Positions 1 to 7,208 of a stretch of DNA of 15,583 nucleotides are shown here, piece after piece (the stretch's first letter is position 1; every line of letters starts with the position of its first letter). Origin of the DNA: a bacterium. GTDB taxonomy: Bacteria > Hydrothermota > Tepidihabitantia > Tepidihabitantales > Tepidihabitantaceae. Location: assembly GCA_046485285.1 (NCBI GenBank), contig JAWOHE010000032.1, forward strand, positions 1-15,583. Reading direction: 5' to 3'. A program made the position numbers and the translations under genes. The notes beneath the pieces were generated by a model, which ran no database searches, was not told where the DNA came from, and worked only from the letters and a program-made list of their open reading frames with translations.

Positions 1-159
1 GTGTGTGACTTATGTCCGGATGCCCGAAAACAGGGCCTGCGAGTGACTCCTGCCCGACTATGCCCGGGAGGGCCTTGACCCGAAGATACTGACTGGGTCC
101 GCCGCGACGTCTTCAGAGTCGCGGCCCGGAGGCTGAGGAGGGGAGAAACGGCCTCTGAC

Positions 160-201
160 GTCATTCCGACGGAGGCGGCGAAGCCGCCGACGGGAGGAAT
201 C
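160..201. repeat. REP-like palindromic element (GTCATTCC...GGAATC type)
   Basis: GTCATTCCGACGGA-GGCGGC-GAA-GCCGCC-GACGGGAGGAATC has an inner 6-bp GC hairpin and an outer ATTCC/GGAAT pairing. It resembles the dispersed GTCATTCC...GGAATC palindromes often seen near GIY-YIG nuclease genes. Confidence 0.5.
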
Positions 202-286
202 ACCTGGTTCTGGCCTGGGCAGATAGCCGCCCGGCAGTAACGGAGAGCAGGGCCGCCACGGAAAGGCCTACTTCCCGAGTATGACA

Positions 287-316
287 TTGACAGCCGGGCA
301 GGGTACCGGGTATAAT
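287..316 (+). promoter_or_regulatory. sigma70-type promoter for the 405..3436 gene pair
   Basis: Perfect TTGACA (287-292), 18-nt spacer, TATAAT (311-316) in otherwise GC-rich DNA. Confidence 0.8.
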
Positions 317-404
317 CTGCTGTTGTGCAATCCTCGTTGATGCAATCGAGAGTGACGGCCCTGCCGCCTTGGCCGCGCCGTCCGAAAGGAGACCGTTCTT
401 GAGA

Positions 405-1316
405 ATGAGAACCACTGCCGTGATGGCGCTACTGCTGGGTCTGTCCGGCGTCGGCCTCGGCAACCTGCTGGTTAACGGCGATTTCGAGCAGGAGCTCGAG
501 GTCGGCTGGGAGCAGGACGTCTTCAACCTTGCCGGCAGCCACCGCTTCGAGCGCTCCGACACGCTCGGCCAGCCGACGCCGGGCTACGCCGCGCTGGTGT
601 ACAAGGAGCTGGCCTACTATGCTTCGCTCCGCCAGGTCGCGGAGGTGCCGGGCGCGGGGCTGACGCTCACCTTCGACAGCCGGATGCAGCTCGCCGGCGG
701 GTCGTCGACCTGCTGGCCGACCGGCGCCTTCGTCGTCAGCTACCTTGACGAGTCCGGCCGCGAGCTGGGCTCGACGATGTTCATCCTGCGTGACCAGTAC
801 AACGACTGGCGCGAGAGCGACACGCTGGTGTTCCACGACATCGAGCGGCCGGGCGAGTGGGCCAGCTACGAGCTGGACATCGCCCGGGAGATCGCGACCA
901 GCCTGCCCGGTGTCGACGCCGAGGCGGTCCGCCGGGTCAGGGTCCAGCTCTACTCGTACGTCAACGGGACTTGAGGGGGCGGCTGGGCGGAGGTCTCCGC
1001 CGACAACGTCTCGCTCGTCACCACCGGCATCGAGGAGAGCGGCCGGGGCGCGCCGGTGCGGCTCGGACTCAGGCTCGAGCGCAACCCGGTCACCGACCGC
1101 GCGCTCCTGAGCTACGAGCTTCCGCACGGCGGGCCGGTGAGCTGTACCGTCCGCGACGCCGCCGGCCGCGAGGTCGCGCGGCTGCTCGACGCGACGCAGG
1201 CCGCGGGCCGGCACACGGTCGCCTGGGACGCGGCCGATGCCGCGCCGGGCGTGTACTTCCTTGAACTGGCGACCGGCGGGACCGCGAGCGCGGCCCGGCT
1301 GGTCAAGGGCCGCTAG
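405..1316 (+). CDS. Secreted jelly-roll (CBM-like) protein with T9SS/FlgD-type C-terminal sorting domain; in-frame TGA at 972-974 probably read as selenocysteine (U190; 303 aa)
   Basis: RBS AAGGAG at 386-391 (start ATG 405 or TTG 399). Signal peptide MRTTAVMALLLGLSGVGLG then NLLVNGDFE. ORFs 369..974 and 1056..1316 share a frame, and the linker reads YVNGT-TGA-GGGWAEVSADNVSLVTTGIEE with no other stop. CTD motifs NPVTD..SYEL, VRDAAGREVARL, PGVYFLEL, ARLVKGR*. Confidence 0.85.
975..1001 (+). promoter_or_regulatory. Putative bacterial SECIS element
   Basis: The TGA is followed by an 11-nt spacer and then GGCGG-AGGTCT-CCGCC (986-1001). The spacing and the AGGUCU apical sequence match the E. coli fdhF SECIS (GGUUGC-AGGUCU-GCACC), although the bulged U is missing. 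Confidence 0.75.
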
Positions 1317-1336
1317 GCCGGGCGCGGGCGGTCCGC

Positions 1337-3436
1337 GTGAGCGCGCGACCCGCGTCCCTCTGTTTCGCGCTGGCCGCGGCGCTCTCGGTCGCCGCGGCCG
1401 GGGATTCGCTGAACTGCCGGCTGGTCGGAAGCTGGCCATTCGGGCCTTCCCAGGCCGTGGCCGCCGACCCGGCGCGCAACCTCGTGTTCCTCGGGGCGGG
1501 CGGCGGCATCTACGTGCTTGACGTTGCCGACCCGGCCGCCCCGTCGCCGGTTTCGGAGGGCATCAAGACCGCGGGCCGGGTGAAGGACATCGTCCTCGCC
1601 GGGAACCGCCTCTACAGCGTGTCGGGCGGGATGTACATCCACGGCGTCGAGTCGCCCGGGAGCCCGGTCGAGCTCGGCAGCCTGGCGAGCCCGCGCGACG
1701 CGTCCGGGGTCGCGGTCGCGGGAGCGCGCGCCTACATTGCGGACGCGGCATTCGGGCTCCGGGTCGCGGACGTGTCGGACCCGGCCCGGCCCGAGGAGAC
1801 GGCCGCCCTGGCCCTGCCGGGCAAGCCGTTCGACGTGGCGACGAGCGGCAGTCACGCCTACGTCGCGGCGGGAAGCGCGGGCCTGCGGGTCATCGATATC
1901 AGCGACCCTTCCGCGCCGCTCGAGGTCGGCTTCCTTGATACCGACGGCGTGGCGCGCGGCGTCGCCGTTTCCGACACGCTCGTCTTCGTCGCGGACTCGT
2001 CCAGCCTGCTGGTTGTCAACGTCAGCGACCCGGCGAACCCGGTCGAGGTCGGGGCGCTGGCGATGCCGGGCCCGGCCTACCACGTCGTGCCGGCCGGGCC
2101 GCTCGCGTACGTCGCGGCGAACTACGCCGGCCTCGTCGTCGTCGACATCAGCGACCCGGCGAACCCGGTCGCGGTCGGCAGCACGCGCTCGCCGGAGTGG
2201 GACTTCGCGGTGGGCCTGGGCGGCGGCCACGCCTATGTCGCGGCCTGGAACTACGGGCTCAGGGTCATCGATGTCAGCGACCCCTCGGCGCCGACCGAGG
2301 TCGGCCGCCACGACGTGCCGGACTGGGCGCACACGGTCGACGTCGCCGGCGGCCACGCCTTCCTGGCCGACGGCTACTCGGGACTGCGGGTCATCAATGT
2401 CGAGACGCCGACCTCGGCTCACGAGGTCGGCGTCTACCGCTCGCCGGGCTACGTGCGCGCCGCGCGCGCGGCGGACACGCTGGTCTTCGTCGCGAACTGG
2501 GCGGACGGCCTCCGGGTCGTCAGCGTTGCCGACCCGGCGAACCCGGTCGAGGTCGGCGCGCTCGCGACTCCGGACTACGTGACGAGTGTCGAGGTCGCGG
2601 GCGGTTACGCCTATCTCGCCGAGCGGGCGAGCGGCCTGCGGGTCATCGATGTCAGCGACCCTTCCGCGCCCGCGAGCGTCGGGGTCTGCAACACGCCCGG
2701 GCTGGCGTCCGGGGTCCACCTCGAGTGGCCCTTCGCCTACGTCGCCGACATCGACTCGGGACTGCGCATCATCGACGTCCGCGACCCGGCGGACCCGTTC
2801 GAGGCGGGGTTCCACCTCGCCGCGGGCCGGGTCCGGGAGGTGTCGGCGGCCGGCGGTCTCGCCTTCCTCGTCTGCGACGATTCGAACCTGGTCGTCCTCG
2901 ACGTCCGCGACCCGGCGAGCCCGGTCGAGGTCAGCCGGACCCGCCTGCCGGATTCACCGCTGGGCGTACTCGTCAAGGGCCGGTACTGCTACGTCGCCAA
3001 CCACCGGGCCGGGCTGCGGGTCTATGACGTGAGCGACCCGGCCGCGCCGGAGCTGGCCGGCTACTACGACACGCCCTGGCAGTGCTACGATGTTGTCGTC
3101 GCCGGTTCGCTGATCTACGTGGCGGACTGGGGGTGCGGGCTCCAGGTCTATGACGGGCCGACCGGCATCGCCGAGTGGCCGGCGGCGGGCGTCCCGCGCG
3201 GCCCCGGGTTGTTCCCGAACCCGGCCGGCAGGCGGGTGACGGTGCGGCTCAGCTCCGTCGGGCCGGGCAGGACGGACCTGCGGCTTTACGACGCGAGCGG
3301 GCGCTACCGCGCGAGCTGGACGCTCAACGGCGGCCGGGGCGAGTTCGACCTTCGCGCCCTCGGCGCAGGGGTCTACTACCTCCAGGCGGAGCAGGAAGGC
3401 AGAGCCATCGGCGCGAGGCTGGTGATAGCCCGCTAG
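1337..3436 (+). CDS. Secreted LVIVD-repeat beta-propeller protein with T9SS-type C-terminal sorting domain
   Basis: Signal peptide; about 14 repeats of ~42 aa with YAYVA..G LRVIDVSDP..P.EVG; C-terminal TGIAE..LFPNP..LYDASGR..AGVYYL..RLVIAR. Confidence 0.9.
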   Translation: MSARPASLCFALAAALSVAAAGDSLNCRLVGSWPFGPSQAVAADPARNLVFLGAGGGIYVLDVADPAAPSPVSEGIKTAGRVKDIVLAGNRLYSVSGGMYIHGVESPGSPVELGSLASPRDASGVAVAGARAYIADAAFGLRVADVSDPARPEETAALALPGKPFDVATSGSHAYVAAGSAGLRVIDISDPSAPLEVGFLDTDGVARGVAVSDTLVFVADSSSLLVVNVSDPANPVEVGALAMPGPAYHVVPAGPLAYVAANYAGLVVVDISDPANPVAVGSTRSPEWDFAVGLGGGHAYVAAWNYGLRVIDVSDPSAPTEVGRHDVPDWAHTVDVAGGHAFLADGYSGLRVINVETPTSAHEVGVYRSPGYVRAARAADTLVFVANWADGLRVVSVADPANPVEVGALATPDYVTSVEVAGGYAYLAERASGLRVIDVSDPSAPASVGVCNTPGLASGVHLEWPFAYVADIDSGLRIIDVRDPADPFEAGFHLAAGRVREVSAAGGLAFLVCDDSNLVVLDVRDPASPVEVSRTRLPDSPLGVLVKGRYCYVANHRAGLRVYDVSDPAAPELAGYYDTPWQCYDVVVAGSLIYVADWGCGLQVYDGPTGIAEWPAAGVPRGPGLFPNPAGRRVTVRLSSVGPGRTDLRLYDASGRYRASWTLNGGRGEFDLRALGAGVYYLQAEQEGRAIGARLVIAR

Positions 3437-3453
3437 CGCGAATCGGCCGTGAA

Positions 3454-3487
3454 GTAGCGCCCGGCGGACAACCGGGCGCTGCCTTGT
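3454..3487 (+). terminator. Putative intrinsic terminator hairpin
   Basis: GTAGCGCCCGG-N7-CCGGGCGCTGC forms an 11-bp stem just after the stop at 3436. The U-tract is weak (CTTGT). Confidence 0.45.
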
Positions 3488-3528
3488 CGTCAACTTCCGC
3501 GTCGCGGCAGAGCCGCCCACCTCGCTCC

Positions 3529-3618
3529 GCCACCGGCCGGCCAGACGCGAAGCGCGTGCTTCGGCAGGCAACGTACCTTCTGCCCGTCTCCCGCGCATCG
3601 TCCACCGGGGCGGCTATC
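3529..3618. repeat. 90-bp direct repeat, copy 1 (left flank of hicBA)
   Basis: 77/90 identical, ungapped, to 4244-4333 by manual alignment. Confidence 0.9.
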
Positions 3619-3690
3619 CCGGCAGGGTCCGGCCGTCAGACCTGCGAGGCTTCTCCGAAAGGCAGGGTGGTGGCAGAGTAGAGAAGAAGA

Positions 3691-3933
3691 CTACAGCCTG
3701 TCAAGCAGGTCTTGTCTTGACAGGCCGTTCCAGACGCCGACCCGGGATAGAATGTCGTTGAGTGTGCCTTTGGCGACCGTCTTGTGGGCCGGGACGGTGA
3801 TGCAGTGTACCCCTGAGCCAGTTACCTTGCGAAGTTGGATGTGACTGCCGCGCTGCCGCACCTGAACGTATCCCAGTTTCAGCAGCAGGCCGACCAGCGC
3901 GTTGCCGCTAACCTGCGGGAGCCGGGGCGGCAC
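3691..3933 (-). CDS. hicA: HicA family toxin (type II TA, mRNA interferase)
   Basis: LLKLGYVQVRQRGSHIQLRK...ITVPAHKTVAKGTLNDIL carries the HicA GSH motif and typical length. Confidence 0.9.
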   Translation of the reverse strand: MPPRLPQVSGNALVGLLLKLGYVQVRQRGSHIQLRKVTGSGVHCITVPAHKTVAKGTLNDILSRVGVWNGLSRQDLLDRL

Positions 3934-4132
3934 CAGGTACCTCGGCTTCGGTAAGGACCAGTATGCTCAGCGGCTTGCCTGACTGGAGCTGCTCCTCGAA
4001 ATGGCAGGCAACGGCATCCTTGATTGCGGTGTGGAGTTCATCGAGCGTAGCGCCGCAGGTGAAGATGTCTTCGCCGATACCGCGAGCACACCATTGCTCA
4101 CCGTCGTTGTAGACTTCAACCTTGACGACCAT
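3908..4132 (-). CDS. hicB: Short HicB-like antitoxin (no DNA-binding domain)
   Basis: WCARGIGEDIFTCGATLDELHTAIKDAVACHF matches the HicB partial RNase-H-fold pattern (T.G.T.EE...I.EA). It overlaps the hicA start by 26 nt. Confidence 0.8.
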   Translation of the reverse strand: MVVKVEVYNDGEQWCARGIGEDIFTCGATLDELHTAIKDAVACHFEEQLQSGKPLSILVLTEAEVPGAAPAPAG

Positions 4133-4138
4133 GGGGAG

Positions 4139-4166
4139 ATTATCGGTTCGGGCGGGTCGAAGTCAA
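4139..4166 (-). promoter_or_regulatory. sigma70-type promoter for hicBA, probably leaderless
   Basis: Minus strand TTGACT (4166-4161), 16 nt, GATAAT (4144-4139), then only 6 nt to ATG 4132. No SD. Confidence 0.55.
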
Positions 4167-4243
4167 GCCGGTGCCCTTTGCCCCACTCCCGGGTTTCTGC
4201 CTGAGCAGTCGAGGAGTCAGGCGGCCAGAACGCCAGCAACCCG

Positions 4244-4333
4244 GCCACCGGTCGGGCCGACGCAAAGCGTGTGCTTCTACAGACAACATACCTTCTGCCT
4301 ATCTCCCGCGCATCGTCCACCGGGGCCGGTATC
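4244..4333. repeat. 90-bp direct repeat, copy 2 (right flank of hicBA)
   Basis: 77/90 identical to 3529-3618; the copies start 715 bp apart. Confidence 0.9.
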
Positions 4334-4434
4334 TCCAAGTCATACCGCCCCGAAGTTGACGGGCACGGAGCGGTTGACATAATCGGGGTGATGAGATGCG
4401 TGGCTGAAGTGCCGGAGAGGATGGGGCGGTGAAC

Positions 4435-4659
4435 TCAGTTGCCCCGAAACGCCGGCCCGCTCTGGGGAGGACCGAGATGGAGTTGACAAGATTTGGCCGC
4501 ATTAATATGGGAAGTGTCTCGGGTTTTACGTGCCATCAGCCCGGCCATCTTCTCGGAACTGCCTTCCGGCAGTCTGCCGTCGGCCCGGCGCTCGAAGCGC
4601 AGGCGGTACTTGGCCCAGCGGGTCGCGCCGTCGGGCGGTGGGACAGGATATGCGGACAT
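4435..4659 (-). CDS. Hypothetical small basic protein (74 aa), possibly a gene remnant
   Basis: Strong RBS AAGGAG 5 nt before the ATG (MSAYPVPPPDGATRWAKYRLRFERR...). No recognisable family. Confidence 0.35.
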   Translation of the reverse strand: MSAYPVPPPDGATRWAKYRLRFERRADGRLPEGSSEKMAGLMARKTRDTSHINAAKSCQLHLGPPQSGPAFRGN

Positions 4660-4899
4660 AGCGTCTCCTTTGCGGGTCTTCCCGCATTCTGCGGACACTC
4701 TCTGAATCTTGGCCCGACCGTGTCCGGCAGTGGCCGGTTCCGGCCATGGCCCTATATATACTCAGAGGCCGGATTTTCCGCCCAATCTTCATCTCCAACC
4801 CTCCGAAACCGGGCCGCACCGCGACAAACGGGTTCTTTGCGGAGAGTTGCGCGGCAGGGCTGACTTGCGTTTTCGGCCACCCGGAGCCGCATTCCCCGG

Positions 4900-5103
4900 C
4901 TGACCGGGCCCGTAACCCGGCCGGTGACCGGGTCGATTACCGACCGGATGACCGGGCGGTTCACCAGCGTAGTCACCGGGCCGATGACCGGCCGGATGAT
5001 TGGCCGGGTGATGTCCCGGGTTACCCGCCGGATGAACCGGGGAATGACCGGCCGGGTGACTCTCCGGGTTACCGGCCCGACGACCCGGGGGGTCACTGGG
5101 GGG
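4900..5103. repeat. Degenerate 12-bp tandem array (~17 units, consensus RTGACCGGSCGG)
   Basis: Units such as CTGACCGGGCCC, GTAACCCGGCCG, GTGACCGGGTCG, ATGACCGGGCGG and ATGACCGGCCGG stay in exact 12-nt register. Confidence 0.85.
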
Positions 5104-5243
5104 ATGGGGGAGGGGGGAAATTTGGACCGGGCCTAAGCGCCGTGCCGGTATCCGGTTACGGCGGATCGCGGGAGACGGCAACCTTTAGTTTCTACTAACA
5201 TCCCCCGCCGAAATTCGCCCGGCCGACAGGCACCGGGACCGCG

Positions 5244-5789
5244 CTATTCGATGAGCAGGAGGTTGACGTAGCGCGGGGTGGCTTCCGCGCTGGTGACGAC
5301 TTCGAGCTTGATGCCGGCGTTGCGACAGGTGGCATAGACGTCTATACCGCAGGCTTCCATCGCCGGCCGGGCGATTTCCGGGTGCCGGCACAGGCCGTCC
5401 GCGTTGCAGTCGGCGCAGAGGCGGCAGGGCCCGGCGCCGAGGCCGAACGCCTTGTAGTGGCCGTCGAGGAACGCCTGCCGCTCGATCTCGGCGGGCAGGC
5501 GCACCCATTTCCGGCGAAGCCGCATCGTCCGGTTGGAGTCGAAGGCGTAGATGACCGCCCGGCGGTATTCGGCGATGACCCTGCGGGTCTGTTCCGGTGT
5601 CGGGGTCCGGGGCGGACAGCCGAGCCGCTTGCCGTAGCCGCCGCAGCCGTACTGGCACTTGAGCCGGACCCATTCCGCGGTCACGACCTTCTGCGCCGGG
5701 ATCGCCTTCGCGACCGTTGCGCCGGCCTCGAGCGCGATCCGGGCACAGCGCTGTAACCGGTCCGGGCTCGCGGCGCGGCGGTTCGACAT
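5244..5789 (-). CDS. DUF2284 family Cys-rich predicted metal-binding protein
   Basis: RLKCQYGCGGYGKRLGCPP ... GAGPCRLCADC ... CRHPEIARPAMEACGIDVYATCRNAG. Confidence 0.88.
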   Translation of the reverse strand: MSNRRAASPDRLQRCARIALEAGATVAKAIPAQKVVTAEWVRLKCQYGCGGYGKRLGCPPRTPTPEQTRRVIAEYRRAVIYAFDSNRTMRLRRKWVRLPAEIERQAFLDGHYKAFGLGAGPCRLCADCNADGLCRHPEIARPAMEACGIDVYATCRNAGIKLEVVTSAEATPRYVNLLLIE

Positions 5790-5871
5790 CAGGGCCAGCG
5801 TAGGCCGGGCGCGGAGTCAATTCGGCGTCGCCTTGTCCGGGCTCCCAGGCAGGGCGGTCAGCAGGAGGTCG

Positions 5872-6045
5872 GCAGGTGGCGCACCGCGTGGAATCGATTT
5901 GTCTCCGAACGCGAGGCAGGTTGCGCGGCGGGTGATGACCGGCGGACGGGGCGAGTTCGATGTCAGCGCGCTCGCGGCGGGGGTGTACCACGTCGTGGTC
6001 CGGGGCGCCCGGACTTCCCGCGCCCGGCTGGTGGTCGGCCGCTAG
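5872..6045 (+). pseudogene. Orphan, internally deleted remnant of a T9SS-type CTD
   Basis: GAPRGIDLSPN / GGRGEFDVSALAAGVYHV..ARLVVGR* aligns with the LVIVD protein C-terminus GVPRGPGLFPN...GGRGEFDLRALGAGVYYL..ARLVIAR*. About 25 aa are missing and there is no N-terminal passenger. Confidence 0.7.
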
Positions 6046-6051
6046 CCGGCC

Positions 6052-6480
6052 TCAGGCCGGGTCCGGCTCGATGCGGAGAGAGTGCTCGACCGGGCAGGCC
6101 TTGCGGAGCATCGCCGAGACCGAGCAGTACTTCGTCATCGAGAGCTCGATTGCCCGGGCGACTTTGTCCGGGTCGATGTCCCGGCCGCGGACGACGTACT
6201 CGAGCCGGATCGCGGTGAAGACGTGCGGGTGTTCCTCGCTCTTGTCGGCCGAGACATTGAGCTCGATGCCGGTGAAGGGGACGCGCATCTTGCGCAGTAG
6301 CGAGGCGACGTCCATCCCGGTGCAGCCGGTAAGGCCGACGAGCAGGAGCTCGAGCGGCCGGGCGCCGGAGTCCGCGCCGCCGGATTCCGGCGCGGCATCC
6401 ATCACGACGGCCTTGCCGGACCAGCCGGCCCCGACGAACTGCATTCCCTCGGTCCAGCGGGCGTGGGCTTTGACTTCCAC
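6052..6480 (-). CDS. OsmC/YhfA family protein
   Basis: GTG start with AAGGGA RBS. GARPLELLLVGLTGCTGMDV ... AIELSMTKYCSVSAML contains the two conserved Cys. Confidence 0.9.
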   Translation of the reverse strand: MEVKAHARWTEGMQFVGAGWSGKAVVMDAAPESGGADSGARPLELLLVGLTGCTGMDVASLLRKMRVPFTGIELNVSADKSEEHPHVFTAIRLEYVVRGRDIDPDKVARAIELSMTKYCSVSAMLRKACPVEHSLRIEPDPA

Positions 6481-6494
6481 TGGTGGTTTCCCTT

Positions 6495-7193
6495 CTAGAG
6501 CTTGCGGAGGATGTTGAAGCCGACCCGGAAGTAGCCCCGGGTGATGTCTCGGTTGGCGCGGGTGAACCAGTCGGGCGCGGCCTGGTGCCAGTTGTTGCCG
6601 GCAACGAAGGTGAAATTGTGCCAGCCGAGTTGCTTGTCGAGCGCGAGGTTCCAGGCGAGCTTGTCGCTCTCGCCGAGCAGGACCGGCTCGGTCTCGAGCC
6701 CGAGGCTGAGGCCGGCCGGCAGGCTGAGCTGGGCGCCGGCGCCGAGCGAGACGACAAGCTCGTCGAAGTTCGTGCCGGCCCGGGGCTGGAGGAGGAGGTG
6801 GACGCGGCGGGCGAGGGTCAGCGGCAGGCCGGCGGCGAACCAGGCCCGGGTGCTGGTCGGGCCGCGTTCGACGAGGTCGGTCCAGGCCCCGGCCGAGGCG
6901 GTCAGCCAGCGGGTCGGCGCCCAGCCGGCGTGGAGGCCGAGGTCGTGGCTGGCGTTGCCGCCGGCGATGCCGACCGAGAGCCGGCGGGTGATGCCGCGGT
7001 CGAGGAAGACCCGGACGCTGGCGTTGGTGACGAAGTTCAGCGGGTTGCCCTTGAGCTGTTCGTTGTCCGCGGCGGACAGGAAGCGGTGGCTGACGCCGAC
7101 CTGCCAGATGCCGGGCTCGAGCAGCCGGCCGGTCGGCAGGTTGGCGATGCGGGTGCCGGGGAAGGCGACGAGCAGGGCGATGAGCAGGTTCAT
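6495..7193 (-). CDS. DUF5777-like outer-membrane beta-barrel protein
   Basis: FPGTRIANLPT..L.PG....GVSHRF; HNFTFVAGN; C-terminal FRVGFNILRKL; alternating amphipathic strands; RBS GGAGG. Confidence 0.7.
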   Translation of the reverse strand: MNLLIALLVAFPGTRIANLPTGRLLEPGIWQVGVSHRFLSAADNEQLKGNPLNFVTNASVRVFLDRGITRRLSVGIAGGNASHDLGLHAGWAPTRWLTASAGAWTDLVERGPTSTRAWFAAGLPLTLARRVHLLLQPRAGTNFDELVVSLGAGAQLSLPAGLSLGLETEPVLLGESDKLAWNLALDKQLGWHNFTFVAGNNWHQAAPDWFTRANRDITRGYFRVGFNILRKL

Positions 7194-7208
7194 CTGGCCT
7201 CCATTGGT

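Noticed and set aside
1-78. 3' end of an upstream gene or an IS terminus
   Set aside because: Too short and truncated by the window edge to support any call.
972-974. Genome-wide UGA reassignment (code 4 or 25) as the explanation for read-through
   Set aside because: TGA ends ALDH, ccsA, the Reeler gene and osmC at their natural C-termini, and no other gene here has an internal TGA.
1056-1316. Stand-alone 86-aa CTD gene
   Set aside because: It has no signal peptide or passenger and is in frame with the upstream ORF, so it is better read as that protein's C-terminus.
3529-4333. Integron cassette with attC sites
   Set aside because: The repeats lack RYYYAAC/GTTRRRY ends and overall palindromy, and no intI is in the window.
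4900-5103. CRISPR array
   Set aside because: The 12-bp units are contiguous with no unique spacers, and there are no cas genes.
5244-6480. Selenocysteine in the DUF2284 or OsmC proteins
   Set aside because: All their conserved Cys are TGC/TGT codons, and there is no internal TGA.
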